Positions 1 to 13,091 of a stretch of 64,000 nt of DNA are shown one piece after another (the stretch's first letter is position 1; each line of letters opens with the position of its first letter). Position numbers and translations under genes: made by a program. The notes beneath the pieces were generated by a model. That model was not told where the DNA came from and did no database searches. It worked only from the letters and a program-made list of their open reading frames with translations. Origin of the DNA: Lama glama (taxonomy: Eukaryota); the NCBI GenBank assembly GCA_028534125.1, contig CM052816.1, forward strand, positions 60,514,001-60,578,000, in the 5' to 3' direction.

Positions 1-1064
1 ATCTACGAGCTAGAATATGGGCACCCAGGGGTATACAATATGATCAAATGTGGTTCAGGAAAAAAATTACAATACTAGTTTCCATTTTTTATGTCTCCTT
101 TTTTTGGTTGGTTTTAGTACATTTCATAAGTTGACGTTCAGGCTGATATTCAGCTGATATGCACCAGCTCTGGTGGCTAAAATACTTCCTTCCAGGTTAC
201 CAAACAGCCATTGCCTCAAGCACTGCCATCCCCTACCCCAGGACTCCCTGTTCCTCTCCGGGATATGGCAGCTAAATGGTTAACCCTGGCAAAGGGAGCA
301 GCCTCCAGGCCCCTGCTGAAACCCCACAGTAAATGTCCTCTCTAATAGTTTCCTAGTGGAGATTCACAGCTCTGTTAAGATATTGGTACTACCCCCTCTA
401 ACTACATGTAAATCATTTGAAAATACATTTACTCATTAGGGAGTACATACTCTGAGTGTTTCACCGATGGGGCGAGGAAGCAAAAATGTGAGAGGCCCAA
501 CAGGCATCCTCTAACTTTGTTACACCTGGAGAAACAGCAAAATTCAGCAAAGCCAAATAAATGATAGCAATATTAATAATATATTCAGTAAAACAGATGT
601 CCAAATTCTGAAGGTCCAAATACACAGGCACTGTGATACACGGTACACAAAATGTCGTGTCATCCAAGAGGAAGGAAACTGCGTATCTGATACAAAAAGC
701 AGGCTCATGAGGTTTCTGTATGATCCAATGAGACGAATGAAAAGAAAGGAATTGGGGTTCTCTTTTCTGGTTGCCTTTTTACTTTTTATTGTTTAATGAC
801 ATCACACCTAAAAGTTTACTTCATATTGAAAACACCATATTATCGTTTCCCCATAAACTTTCATTGCAAACAAGCTTCACGCCTTACAAGTTATCCTGCA
901 GAGAACACAGGAGAGACCTGCAGTTTTTTGAAAATAATCAGAGAAATGTATCTTTACAAGGCCAGCTTCATCAATTCCTTCAACCATAATCTTCAGATAT
1001 GCATTTAATAGAACTTAAATTCCCTGGTTTAAGAAATAAATCAGCTTACTACCCTTGGACCAGA

Positions 1065-1293
1065 TGATAATAGTTAATGTTCTCGTGCTCTGCCTGTGTG
1101 TTCCAATTGCCTTAACACGTACCATCTCACTTGATTCCAGCAACAGCCACGTAACATAGGTACGACTAATACTCCCATTTTTCAGAGGCACAGGAACATT
1201 CTGTTCCTTGGTCAAGGTCACCCATGTAGTAAGTGGTAAAGTCCAGATGCCAACCCAGGCACCCTGACTCTGGAGCACATGCTCTGAACTACC
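1065..1293 (-). mobile_element. MIR SINE
   Basis: Reverse-complement MIR core and head (cccattttcagag...caaggtcacccatgtagtaagtgg...aacccaggcaccctgactctggagc). Confidence 0.75.
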
Positions 1294-2896
1294 TACAATA
1301 ATTAAATTATAAATAAAGTGCTTGTAAAAAATCATCACAATTTAGACAAAGGCCACTGAAGTGCAAAATCTCTCCAGGCAAGGGGAGAGGGCTGACCCAA
1401 GGTCTGTTCCATCCATAAAATTCTCCAATTCCAGGCTTCATTTTCAGAAGCAAGGCTCTCAAAGGTCAATTAAAATGTTGAGAGGTTTTATAGGCACGAC
1501 CTAATATAAACCCATGATAGTTCAACTACTGTCACTTCTAAGAGCCCACCCAATTAAATCTTTTTGTCTCACATCCTCATCGGTTATAGATTATTTTCCT
1601 GGGCTCATTAGGCAATCAGACCATTTGGAAATGAGAAGGGGAGGGGGAGAAGGCAAGCAAAGAGATCCTAACAAATTCATGTAGTAAATGTTTTGGTTCA
1701 GATATGCACAATTCAAAGGAGGGTGCATACAATCCAGCTTGGCGTGAGGATGGAGACAGACATCAGAGAAAGCTTCCTGGAAGAGGAAGGGCATGTGCTG
1801 AAGTGCAGAGAGGCACTGGCCAGGCAAAAAGAAGGCAGCTGCACAGAGAGGCGTTTTCTCTCCAGGGCAAGGAAATGCATTAGACTAGGACTCTAACACC
1901 CTTTAGGGAATGGTAGGTGGTTCACTACTGCCCACATTATTTTACCAAACTTTAGAAGCACTTAAAGATAAGAAATCCTCCATCTTCCATCACGTGAATC
2001 TGTCAGGGGATGGATGTTCCAGTAAATGGGGAAAACACAGAAGTTTCTTAATGACTTTTTCATCAGAGCTATGTAAAAAGCTGGAGGTGGGGAGGGGTGG
2101 ACAAAATGTTATCACTGGTTCTTATTATTTATTAGGCTAAAACTTATCATTGCTTGTGTCTAAGAACAACAACAAAAAAGCAACTGACTTACATTTACAT
2201 ACTTAAACAAAGGAGAGAAATAAACATACTTAACTCAGCACCTATATAAGCAAAGCAGGGGAATCTGTAATGAAAGAAACACAAATTTGGTTTCACATAA
2301 TGAAGAGATTTCACAGGACTTCTCGGAGCATTCATTCTTGCAAAAAGAATGGTAAGTGTATACCCCTGTTTTCTTGGGGATAGATGTATAAATAAATCTA
2401 TGACGTATTAAAGCCCAGCCATGACTTAGTGAATGTAGAATTCCACAGTGCCAACAACAATGTGGTATCATGAATTTTTAGGTGGTTAGGATATACACCA
2501 TCTGGAGAACAATTCAAGTTTAAGTCGTGAATCACCTTGGACGGGACGGTAGAGAGACAAAGAAAAATAGATAAAGAAAGAAGGAACAGAAGTTAGGGCT
2601 CCAAGGAAGCAAACTTGCAGGAGCACTAGGGCTTGGAATGCAGACCAGTCCTCCTATGAGGTCAGAATCACTAAAACTTAAGCAAGGGCTTTATGCCTTT
2701 TTATGTATTTGTAAAAACGTTTGTAAAAAAAATTTACATTTGTAAAGAAAAAAGAAAACCCACTCTCTTTAACTAGGCACCCATGGTTTAAGTGTTTTCT
2801 TTAAATGGAGGCTGATGCACCCTGAACAATAAAACAAAGTATTTAGTATATCACAAATAGCTACACTGGATATGCCACATGGCTCGTTCTTCACTT

Positions 2897-2928
2897 AAAA
2901 ACAAAACAAAACAAAACAAAACAAAACA
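2897..2928 (+). repeat. (AAAAC)n pentanucleotide microsatellite
   Basis: aaaacaaaacaaaacaaaacaaaacaaaaca read directly. Confidence 0.9.
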
Positions 2929-5599
2929 GTGTCAAATTACAAAGAAAAGATCCCATAATCCAGTAAACCATTATTAACATCTAGTCATTGATCTAACAAA
3001 AATAAAGACTTATTCCCTCATGGCGAAAATACCTGAACATAATAGGCTTTCCACCTGAGAGATTTCCTAAGTAAAAAGAAATCAACAGATTGGGTACTCG
3101 AAGGCTTCCCATCAATCTCAGACAGACATTCTTCTCACTAAGAGATAGGTGGTGGCAGTTTGGGTCATCTTCTAGGGTTCAGATTAAGTCAGAAATCATT
3201 GTATCACTGATACCCATGAGCCTCTGAGTTTTCATGTGATCCTGACTATTCTAGAAACATCATGTTAAGAAACATCACTGTCCACACCACACCGTCCACA
3301 GTATCCACCATGCCCCGCCCCGTCCTACCGTGTATGTAGCTCTACTACACTTTGAAGCTTGCCTAACGACACCTTTCCAGAACCTGCAGCCTCCATCATT
3401 CCCCTAAGTCAATAAATACTCACACTGTAAACTATCCAGCGTGTAATCATCATCCACTTTGCCCTCTCATTTCCCAGGAGCTTACGTCAACTAGCTTAGA
3501 AGTCCCTTAAAAAGCAAGACCCTGTGTCCCATCTTGTATACATGGGTTTTAACACCTATGCCAAAGACTCCATTAATAGTCAATTAACTGATAAATGAAG
3601 ACTATACTGATTCAGAATTCAATGGCAGATTGGTACTTTGGGTGCCAATGACCAAGGAATAATTACCAATATACTCATTCTACTGACCACCCAAGTATAT
3701 CGAAAATTCAGGTAGGAAAGGTGCTGAAACACATGGGCTTTTCCAGAGCCACAGTAATCGAGAATTTCCCAAGAAGCCTATGAATTAAAAAAAAAAAAAC
3801 CTTCATTTTTCCCATGAAAGGAACTACTACATCCAAATACCTTCCCTCCCATAAACCACTGTGTAATTATTCCGGATTTCTTGTTTTCTGAGCTACAGAC
3901 TCCCTTTTACATTAAGATAACAAATTGGCAATGCTGCAATTTTACCACAGGGGCAAAAGGACACCAGAAAGGGCAAGCTGTGTCACACCAGGAGTCCACC
4001 AGAGAGGGGCCTGTCCACCACTTCACCTTCATCACGGCAGCTGTCACTGCTTCACCACCTTTATCTCAGTCATCTCCCCAGACACACAACCCAGTCAAAT
4101 CCTTCACAACCCAACCGTCCAAACTATCTGGACTCCAGGAGCCTTGGAACAACAAGCAGAAACAACAGGAGCCTCAGAAACTATCAAAACTTGGAATTAT
4201 GACCTCCTTGACATTTGTTAATAAACCACCATCATCTAAGTACTAAATAGTACACACCAGGCAGCGGCGTGGTGCTAAAGACACGGTGAGGATAAGACAG
4301 CTCAAGTGCCAGCACTCACCACTCTCTAGATCGTCTCCTAAAGCTTGGTGAACGGGTTGGCCAAGTCCTAAACAGGGACACCAGTTGGGTAAGTGAGCGT
4401 TAAGTGAAAGCTAAGCTTGCTTTCTCTCTCCCTTCCTCCTCCCCTCCCCAGTCTTACCTACTTACCCACCTACCTATCCCTCCCTCCATCCTTCCCCCAG
4501 CCCCCACCCGTCACACACATTATACTGCTATTATAAATCTGTTTTGCTCCCCTCTATGATGGTAAGTAATTAAGAGAGAGCATGCATCTCCATGCACTAA
4601 ACCCCAGAGTGTTTGAAGGTGCCATTCACCTCACTGACTCTCAGATGCCTTTCATAATGACGAGCCCACACTTGATCAGGCTGCCCAGGCACACCCACGC
4701 AGAGAGCCACTCCAGCAGGCACCCTGTCCTTTCCAGGAAGGACAATACATACAAACAGTCATGAAGACTTTTTTTAACTTTTGCAAAAATGTAAGGAAGG
4801 GGAAACCAGGATGGAAAGTTTTAAGTGACTACTTCTGGGTGGAGTTTCATTGCAGAGAAAAAAAATCTCTCCCCCCAAGTAAGTAGTAGTTCATCATTCA
4901 TAGACTGAATCATCATGTACTTCACATGTTTTCTGTTAATTATTCTTTTGGCACCCAGGCATGCTTAGAGTGAGGACACACATTTAGACTACCTTTCCCA
5001 GAGGCAGTAGCCGCATTATAGTGAGGATTTTATAGTTCAGTTTTAACCTGATCTTTGATTAACTGACTCATATTAAGCCAGACTGTCCATGGATGGGCCC
5101 AGGTGAGCTTATAATGAGATCTATCTTCATGGATCAGGCCTGACCTGTAATAATCTGCTCAGGGGTCCCTACTGCTATTTCAGCACTGAGCTATGAAAAT
5201 TCACCCCATTACTATCACCAGAACCTAGCTCAGAGGGTAATAACTAGGAGACGTATGACTCCTGGAACACAAGTGCTCCTGAGACTTTGATTACAACGTC
5301 CACAGCTGAAGGCACCATTTCACAATTGAGATTACTACTTTCCAGATGAAAAAAACCTTGAGCTGTGGAATAATACCTTCAGCTACATACATTGTAATCA
5401 CATCCAGCAGTTCTTGCATCCCAAGAGCAATACAGGTTACCAATTGTTGGTATAGTAAGCTGATTTAAGGAATGGAAGGGAGAAGGTACAGGAGGAAGCA
5501 CAGATAACCCTAATTTCATATTTGCTTTATCTGAGGGCTTTCGTGTAAGAGTTCAATGTGGCCAAAAACCATACCAACTTTACTAAAAATAAAAAAATA

Positions 5600-5970
5600 C
5601 ATTTAAAAAAAGAATGATAATTTTTCACTTAACAAACCAGCAAAGGTGTTTTTTGGAGTTTTAAGAAGACAATACTGGCTGCTGGCCAGAGTGTAGTAAG
5701 GTATATTTTCTCAATATATGGAAGCACAAAATTGTGCTTAGAAACAATTCAGCAAAAGTATGGAGAACCTCCATAAAGCTCATATCTTTTGCCATAGTAA
5801 CCCTTCCAAGAAACTACCCTGAAAATATAGAGATGAACAATGACTTATTAAAAGCCTGCTCATTATCATTATTTTCAATAGGAAAAACTTGGAAATAACC
5901 TAAAGGGGGAAACAGTGTAATAAATTATGAGAAATCCATACACTGGAATATTACACAGCCTTTAAATTGA
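5600..5970 (+). mobile_element. Ancient L1 (L1ME-like) 3' fragment
   Basis: Degenerate L1 ORF2-end motifs (aaaacttggaaataacctaaa, taaattatg...atccatacactggaatattacacagcc). Confidence 0.5.
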
Positions 5971-6769
5971 GCCATAATGGCTAAGGAAAAATGCTAATTC
6001 ATGGCTATATCCTACAACTTTTGTTAAACAATTCATCCAAGGGCATTCAAATTGCTCCTCCATCAATATTTAACAGACTCTCTCTCAGAGCTAACTAGTT
6101 GGACTTTGGCTCAGGGTTTTGTTTTTGAGCTATAAGGCTAATGAAGTATTGATATAATATTAAATGACTGCAAATAAAGCCTGCACTCTAAATAAATGCT
6201 GACATTACACTGGTGCATTCTGAATGAATTAAAAAGGAAAAACGCACTTTTGCATACGTTCAGTAAATTTTCCCTGACTCTTCATAATGCACTTTTGCAA
6301 ATGGAAAAGATGAATATTCATCAAGGCTCTTTGAGTTTACTACAGTTTAAATAGTTTGGTTTTAATATTTATAGTACATCACGAAATGTAATTTTTCCAT
6401 TACAAGAAATGGATACAATGTCAAAAGAGGGCCACTAAAGAAACATAAAATTATACCGTTTAACCTAATGCTAAAAATTGAAAAACAGTATTTGAAAGCA
6501 CTTCCCCCTTCAAAACAATTCACTGTTCTAGAAAGATAATTTGCAGTTTGTCGGGTTGACGAATTCTGAGTGAAAATGAGGAAGAAAGAAACAAGCAGTT
6601 GGTCCCCCATCACGCAAAGAGCTAATGGAAACTAAGTGAAACTGCTACCTCAAATCAAAGGCTCTGATGTCCTCCCTCCTGAGAATACTGTCTCAGCTAA
6701 GCCCAGCTGACAACCCCCAGGACACATTTCTTCCTACCAACCCCAGGATCACTGACATCAGCACTTTTT

Positions 6770-6935
6770 GACTGAAAAGTCCTGTGCAAGGTAATGCCCA
6801 AGAGTTCACTCATTTATTCCTCACAGTAACCTTCTAAGGGGACTGCAATCATCAGCCCCATTTCACAGATAAAAAGGCTGAGATTCACACAGTTAATAAG
6901 TGGTAGAAACTGGAGGTGATCTCAACCACTCTGCA
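6770..6935 (-). mobile_element. MIR SINE fragment
   Basis: cccatttcacagataaaaaggctgag...aagtggtagaaactggag matches the reverse MIR core. Confidence 0.65.
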
Positions 6936-7134
6936 TTCCTGTCTTGTTCCCATTCTCCAACTGAACCAGTAGAGTTTAATTCCTGAACACAGTTTCCAAA
7001 GTTAACTGCTCTCTTGCTTGAAGAATAACTTCTTCATTAGGCTAAATAATATAAACCTAAGAGGTTAAACACATACTAAAATAAAAAAAAAACAGTCTGT
7101 TCAAGGACACTTCAAATGTGCAGAATGGAAATAT

Positions 7135-7400
7135 ATTCACTTATGCATTCAACAAGTCTTCACTGAGCACCTACTGCATGCCAGGCACTGCTCCAAGCCC
7201 CAGGGAAACAGATAGAAAAACAAAAAAATCTCTGCCCTCATGAATTTTTCATCAGAGTAATGAGATATATAATAAGCAAATTATGTGGCATATTGGAAGG
7301 AGATAAAGCTACTGAGAAAAGTGGGTGAAATAAATGATATGTGAGGTATGTAGAGAGAGAAACACTTTCAAAGAGGATGGTCAAGGAAGACCTCAATAAG
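7135..7400 (-). mobile_element. L2 LINE 3' end
   Basis: cattcaacaagtcttcactgagcacctactgcatgccaggcactg...tctctgccctcatg is the reverse L2 3' terminus. Confidence 0.7.
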
Positions 7401-8572
7401 AAAGAATGTGATGGGGCTGTTCACAAAAAGCAAAACAGATGAGGCTCGTGATTCAAATCAAACAGAAAACTGGAGAAAAAGACTGGAAATTAATTTTCAC
7501 CATGCTCCTGCCATCCAGCCATTACTCCAAAGTACAAACGAAGTGACTGTTTCTTCTGATGGCCACACATCCCATTTCTAAACTTTAATCCTCAAGGCTT
7601 ACAACCTTATTTTCCTAGAGAAAAATAAGTTACCCCTGGTCTGGCTTTGCCTCCTGAAATTTCCATCTTTCTTGCCAGAAAGCAGCATCTGTATAAATCC
7701 CCTGCTTCTGACGACTATGACTTCTTTGATAAACTACCCAAGTGTGCAGGGAGGGACAGAAAGATGGAGGAAGCAAACGGGGAAATGAGTTTTGCCCTCT
7801 TCAGATTAATGTACACAAAGTATACATCTGACACTTCATCAGCACTCCCGGCTGGCGTCCCAGCAGGCAGACACAGGCTGAGCATGTATTCTGCCAGCTA
7901 CTAGGCTACTCAGGGTGAATTGGCAACATGCCATTTATCTGGAATGCCCAATGTGTCTGGGAGAGGGAACACCACTACATTAAGCATTGCCAAGGAAAAC
8001 TAGCTACTTCCGGTGAGGAATTAATCTCCTCCTTGAGAAGGTAGTTCACATTACCTCGAAGCTTGCCTATGGCATTTAAATCACAATAGGTCATACATTT
8101 ACTGAAATTCATACCTCCCCAACAAGGGCCTTCATTTATATCTTACTAACGTCTGACTGCCTCTCAGGTTGAGGGTCTATTCTTTTCCGATATGTTAGGT
8201 TGTCGTGTCAAACATGAAATTCTGTGGTATCAAGTGTAATCCTATCATTTGGACATAAACCGCTTTGATATCGATTTTATCATTTTTTCCACACTTGAAT
8301 ACATATATCCCCTCAACCTCTGTCTTCAAAGAATCAACAAAATATTTAAACCAGTGTGACTGCAGGATGGCTTAGAAGCAGATTAAGGAAGTTTCCTTGC
8401 ATGTGGACACTGATCATCTCTTCACAATTTTGTCACCGTATTTTTTGAGGAACTAAACAGGATTTGGCCCATTACATGGACTTGAAGCCTAATCACAATT
8501 GTAAAAGGTACACTGGACAAAACTAAAAAGTTTTTTTTTTAAATATATTTACCATTCATTTCTATAGGTGTG

Positions 8573-8662
8573 TTTTTTTTTTTAAATGGCGGTACTAGGG
8601 ATTGAATCCAGGACCTTGTGCATGCTAAGCATGTACTCTATCACAGAGCTATACCTTCCCCC
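8573..8662 (-). mobile_element. tRNA-derived camelid SINE (vic-1-like)
   Basis: Reverse strand reads ggggaaggtatagctctgtgatagagtacatgcttagcatgcacaaggtcctggattcaatccctagtacc (A box and B box) followed by an A tail. Homologous to the copies at 33.2, 40.4 and 52.7 kb. Confidence 0.85.
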
Positions 8663-8774
8663 TTTAAAAAGGTTTTAGATGGTTACTCTAATTAGGACAT
8701 CCTCACAGTATACAGAATCTCATCATTACTCTCACTCTGCAACTAAAGGAATCCATCACTTTCCATGAATAATT

Positions 8775-8900
8775 ATCCATTCCACCAATATTATTTATTG
8801 AACGCCTCCTACAACATGGTGTTGTGTTAGGAAGAGTGGGGAGTAGAAAGTCAGAGCAGACAGGCATTCTGCCCTCGAGGAGCTTGCAGTCTAGCTGGGG
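8775..8900 (-). mobile_element. L2 fragment
   Basis: tccattccaccaatattatttattgaacgcctcctac...ctgccctcgaggagcttgcagtctag. Confidence 0.6.
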
Positions 8901-10869
8901 AATAGGAGGCAAAAACACAAAGATGCACCCTGATAAATGGTACGTTGAGTCAGGAGGAAGGTGGACAGACAGCTCTAAGATGGGGACAACAGGGGTGAGG
9001 ATAGCAGCTGGGCGGAGAGGGGCAGAGTGAAGCACGTTCTTTGTACAAATGTACCTCCAGGAACATCAGGCTTGTTTGGAAGACAAAAGAAAGGGAGGGA
9101 AAAGAAAAAGTTTTAATAGGTGTACATGTCTACCTCTTCAGCCCTATTCTCTATCAAATCTGTTAGATGTAATTGGCAGAGATAATTTAGATGTAGTCTG
9201 ACCCAAGAAACATAAAGAGATCAGTGGCCCTGCCAGGAGCACCAAAAGCAAGAAAAGTTATTAACATGTACTGAGGGACATACTGAAATAAGTGATACAA
9301 CACTGAACCCTGAGCAGATTGCAGCAGAACAATGAGAAATTAAGACGGTGCTTTGCCTGGCAGCCCTCCACCAGCTGCCGCCGCCCGTCATACAACAGAA
9401 GGTGGGGGACAGAAGACTTGGTCAAACAGCCTGCAAATAGTTTTCTTTAGACTGCAATTAGAAGTACTGAATCCTCTGAAGAAAAGATATGAGGGTTACA
9501 TTTTAAACCTTCACTGTCCAGTTGTAAATGGTTAATCACAGTCTGGCTTCTGTGCCCAAGCTTACCCATAATGTGATAGTAACACAAATATTAACACTGC
9601 TAACATTTGAGTGTCATGTGCCAGGTACTATTTTAAGTTGGCTTTTTGTGGTAACACTATAAAAACTCGCAGAATAAATAAAATGGTAAGCTAAGTGGCT
9701 CTTTGATAAGAATGTCAGTGGACAGACTTTGGAGGGGGGGGGTCCTCTCATGTTTTCTATTAATAGTTCTCCTTGTCTTTGTATCTTACTCCCAAATATC
9801 TTAGATCACCTAACGTGTTTTATCAATGAATCTGTTTTGTGTGTGACAACCAGGACTAGATATATTACTTTGTAACAATGTTGTTTTAATTAGAATTTAC
9901 TTGGCAGTAAACATACAGGATTACTATTTATGTGTTCAGAATAATATTGCAATGGCCCAAGAGCACTTCTATTTAAAAAATAAGAAATTACGTATTGTGA
10001 GGAATTTTCCTCTTTCCTTAAGGAGTAAATGCTTACCGTAAAATAAGCTTTTAATAAAATTCTCCAAGAAGAAAAAGTAACTTCGAACTTGTGGATGGGA
10101 TGGAGGAAAATGCTAACTACCATTACTTTAACTGTACTTTAAAACATAAGTCCCAAAATTCTCATGAGAAGAAAAAAATGAATTTTGGTTTAAAGATTCA
10201 TAGTCAATTTTGAAGTCATAAAATATCCTGAAAGAAACTTTTTTAGGGATAATCATTCAGTATATTCAGAATCTTTATTATTTTGAAACTAGCAATAGCG
10301 AATTCCAGAGTTGAATTCCAGAGACTGTTTATATGCCTTTTCATCCTGCAGTTGCAGATGAGGCGATAAAATCTGAGAAACTAAGCAGCTCACTCAAGCT
10401 TATACAGCTACCTAATGACAACAGCAGGACTAGAACTTAGATCTAAATCAAATCTCTCTACATTACTGAATGATTCCCAAATATCCATCATAATTTATTA
10501 CCAATGTGTAAAATTATAAGGCATCACAATGCACTGATTTACATATTTACATCACCATCATTAAAAGATATTGAGAAAACCTATTCCTGTGCCACACAAC
10601 CCTACCACCAATGCAAAAGTAACTTGTACAGACTGGCTAACCTAGGCTGAGCCAAAGGTTAAAGCAGAAACGTAACGGTTCACTAGAAAACGAAATTCTA
10701 TTAAGCATCATGGTTAAAAATAAAAGTCCACATTTTTTTAAAAAAATGCAGAAATACATGCGACTAACATATAAACAAATATTTATGCTATGTGCCAAGC
10801 TGTAGATGTAGAGAGTGCTGGCGTTGGAATAATGACCATTTTTAATGATTATAGAAAAGAAGGGGCCAG

Positions 10870-11690
10870 GCAAGAATCACCAAGGAATATGAAATCTAAA
10901 GGAAATTTTTGATGAGGAGAAACATGTTTGCATGGCCTGAAATTATCTTCCCACCAAATGCTTATTGACTGCAAGAGGAAATTTCTGACTACAGTAGAGA
11001 AATTAGTCAACACCTCAACTGGGTGAAAAAAATTAGCATCACAATGAGGAGCAGATGGACATCATGGGCATGCAGATGGCATGACCCAGAAGGACACAGC
11101 ATCACCAACGTCACACGCTGGTCTGAAATACAAAACCTGAAGCTCACCATGAGGAATGACACACATCACATTCGTGTAATAGGAGAAACATTCCATTAAA
11201 AAATGGGGGAGAGGGAGTGTCACATAGCCTGCAAAAATGTCAGTGTCTTAAAAGCCAAAGAAAGGCTGTGGAAAGTTTCCGGATTAAAGGACAATTAATG
11301 CAATACATGACCGTAGACTGGATTCTATACTGGAGGAGGAAAAATGCTAGAGAGGACGTTATTGGGCCAATTGATAAAACTGAAATACAGATGGCAGAAT
11401 TGCTTAAAAGGTGTAAGTTGAATGAAGCTGATTACTGTGATAAGAAAAAGCCATGATATATACAGCCTCCTCTCAAAGAGTTAAAAAAAATCGTGTGTGT
11501 GTGTGTTTATATGTGTGTGCAGACACACATATCTACACATACATATATAAAGAGAGAGGGAGAAAGCAAATGGTTAATAGTTGAACCCAGGCAAAAGATC
11601 AACTGGGATTGTCTATATTTGTCTTATTCTTGCAATTTTCCTCTAAGTGGGAAATTATTTTCAAATAGGAAGTGAAAAAAAAAAAAAGCT
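10870..11690 (+). mobile_element. Old L1 3' UTR (L1MC/L1MD-like)
   Basis: L1MC-type 3' UTR motifs (gaaggacacagcatcac, caatacatgaccgtagactggattct, ttcttgcaattttcctctaagtgggaaattattttcaaata) ending in an A-run. Confidence 0.7.
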
Positions 11691-11716
11691 TAGAAATACT
11701 TCCATTTTTTAAAAAT

Positions 11717-11800
11717 TTGTTTTGTTTTGTTCCAGGAAGGTAATTGGGTTTATTTATTTATTTAATGTTGGTACTGGGGATTGAACCCAAAACCTCATGA
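11717..11800 (-). mobile_element. 5'-truncated camelid SINE (vic-1-like), sense to MAST4
   Basis: Plus strand ggtaattgggtttatttatttatttaatgttggtactggggattgaacccaaaacctcatg gives the B box and (AAAT)n tail; the A-box half is missing. Confidence 0.8.
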
Positions 11801-12066
11801 CACTTTCAGTTTTTGGTTTTTTTTTTTGAGGAAATAGTTGAGACAGAGTCAAGTTTACAGAAATATTCCAGCTCAGGTTGGGAGGATTTGGAAAAAATTA
11901 GCACACTGAAAGTAAGAGATTTAACACTGCCAAATCTGGGTTAAATGTTAAATGTGAGTTTAAGTTCAAACCTAGTTCAACTCAATAAACTGAGAACAGT
12001 CTCAACGTTGGTGGCGAGATGGAGCAAACCCGCCCCACCACAGACTGAGCCCGAGGACACACTCAC

Positions 12067-12191
12067 CAGGTTGGCCGTCAGCGAGGGTGCCGACTGGCCC
12101 AGGGCCTGGCTGCGTATGCGCACGAGGTTGGACGTCTCCGCAGAGGCAGGCCAGGCCGGTCCCACCGCCGGGTTGGGAAGCAGGTACCTCC
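12067..12191 (-). CDS. MAST4: MAST4 coding exon (exon 3 of long isoform), 125 bp, (G)RYLLPNPAVGPAWPASAETSNLVRIRSQALGQSAPSLTANL
   Basis: Acceptor cttctcttcaccccaacag|GGAGGTAC with a CTCAC branch-like motif about 25 nt upstream, and donor AACCTG|gtgagt. G + GG completes the Gly codon split from the previous exon. The LGQSAPSLT motif is typical of MAST kinases. Locally CpG-rich. Confidence 0.96.
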
Positions 12192-13091
12192 CTGTTGGGG
12201 TGAAGAGAAGACAGTGTGAGTAGCAGGCACAGTGGTAGCACTTCTGTAACATTCTGGCCATTCATCTTCCATACCACTTCAGCGACAGAGCACAATTACA
12301 CTGACTTACAGCAACCAGAAGCAAACTGATTTAATTAAGTTGGGAGATTTAGTAGCAAGTTCTGACCCCTACTTTACACATAAACCCAAGCAAACCTCTT
12401 CATCTCTAGCCTCTGTAGCTCTTGGTCTGCACAGGACAGAGGGTCTTCTGACTACTGCCTATTCCTAGGGAATGTGCTGAGAATATATGCAAATACACAG
12501 AGCATTCTCAGCATGGTAGAAATAAGCATGCGCATTTGCAAATGAACTTTTAAACCATCTAATATGGAAAGTGATCTAGCAATCAACTAGGAAAGTGTCT
12601 ACAAAGATCATGACCAACAAAAAGAAGAGTTGGAAACGTTTCAAGGTGAAATGGGGCTTATGCCTCTTTGTCACATCTCTCTCTGAAGCACTGGTGTTCA
12701 TCCAATTGTGTCAACAAGACAGATAATGGTATCCATTTGCATAAACCAGGACATTAATGTCAGTGTAGGTTCACTGAGCAGTTTACATCAACCTTGAACT
12801 CTCATATATATGTGTGTGTCTTTAGAAGTCAAACAGCTGAACCAACTCACACTGTATTATTTCTTTAGTACATGGGCTAGGTTAGTTATCACACACAAAA
12901 TATAAGACTTTGTGACTAGAAAGTTAAGATGGACAGGAGTATTCACATAGTCATGAAGCTTGGTAAAAGCAGAGCCCACATTTAAGTTTTATGTGCTTTG
13001 CTGCAATATTAGCACAATGAATGGTCATAGTAGGTGCTCACTAAATATTTGTTCAATGATGAAAGAAAAACTGGGTTCTTCTTTCCCAAAA

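Noticed and set aside
3881..4246. 121-aa Ser/Thr/Gln-rich ORF as a possible extra exon or retrocopy
   Set aside because: It is on the opposite strand to MAST4, has no recognisable homology, and shows no polyA tail, TSD or convincing splice boundaries.
10299..10325. Short tandem duplication gaattccagag x2 (similar micro-duplications at about 137-160, 15307-15322 and 53959-53986)
   Set aside because: Ordinary slippage-type micro-duplications with no array or spacer structure.
11945..12295. Overlapping ORFs 11945..12223(+), 12002..12295(-) and 12078..12272(-)
   Set aside because: These are shadow frames of the GC-rich MAST4 exon; only the frame bounded by splice sites matches a known protein.
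12485..12745. Octamer motifs (ATGCAAAT / ATTTGCAT) near exon 3
   Set aside because: The AT-rich 8-mer also occurs at several scattered sites in the window, so this is not clearly above background.
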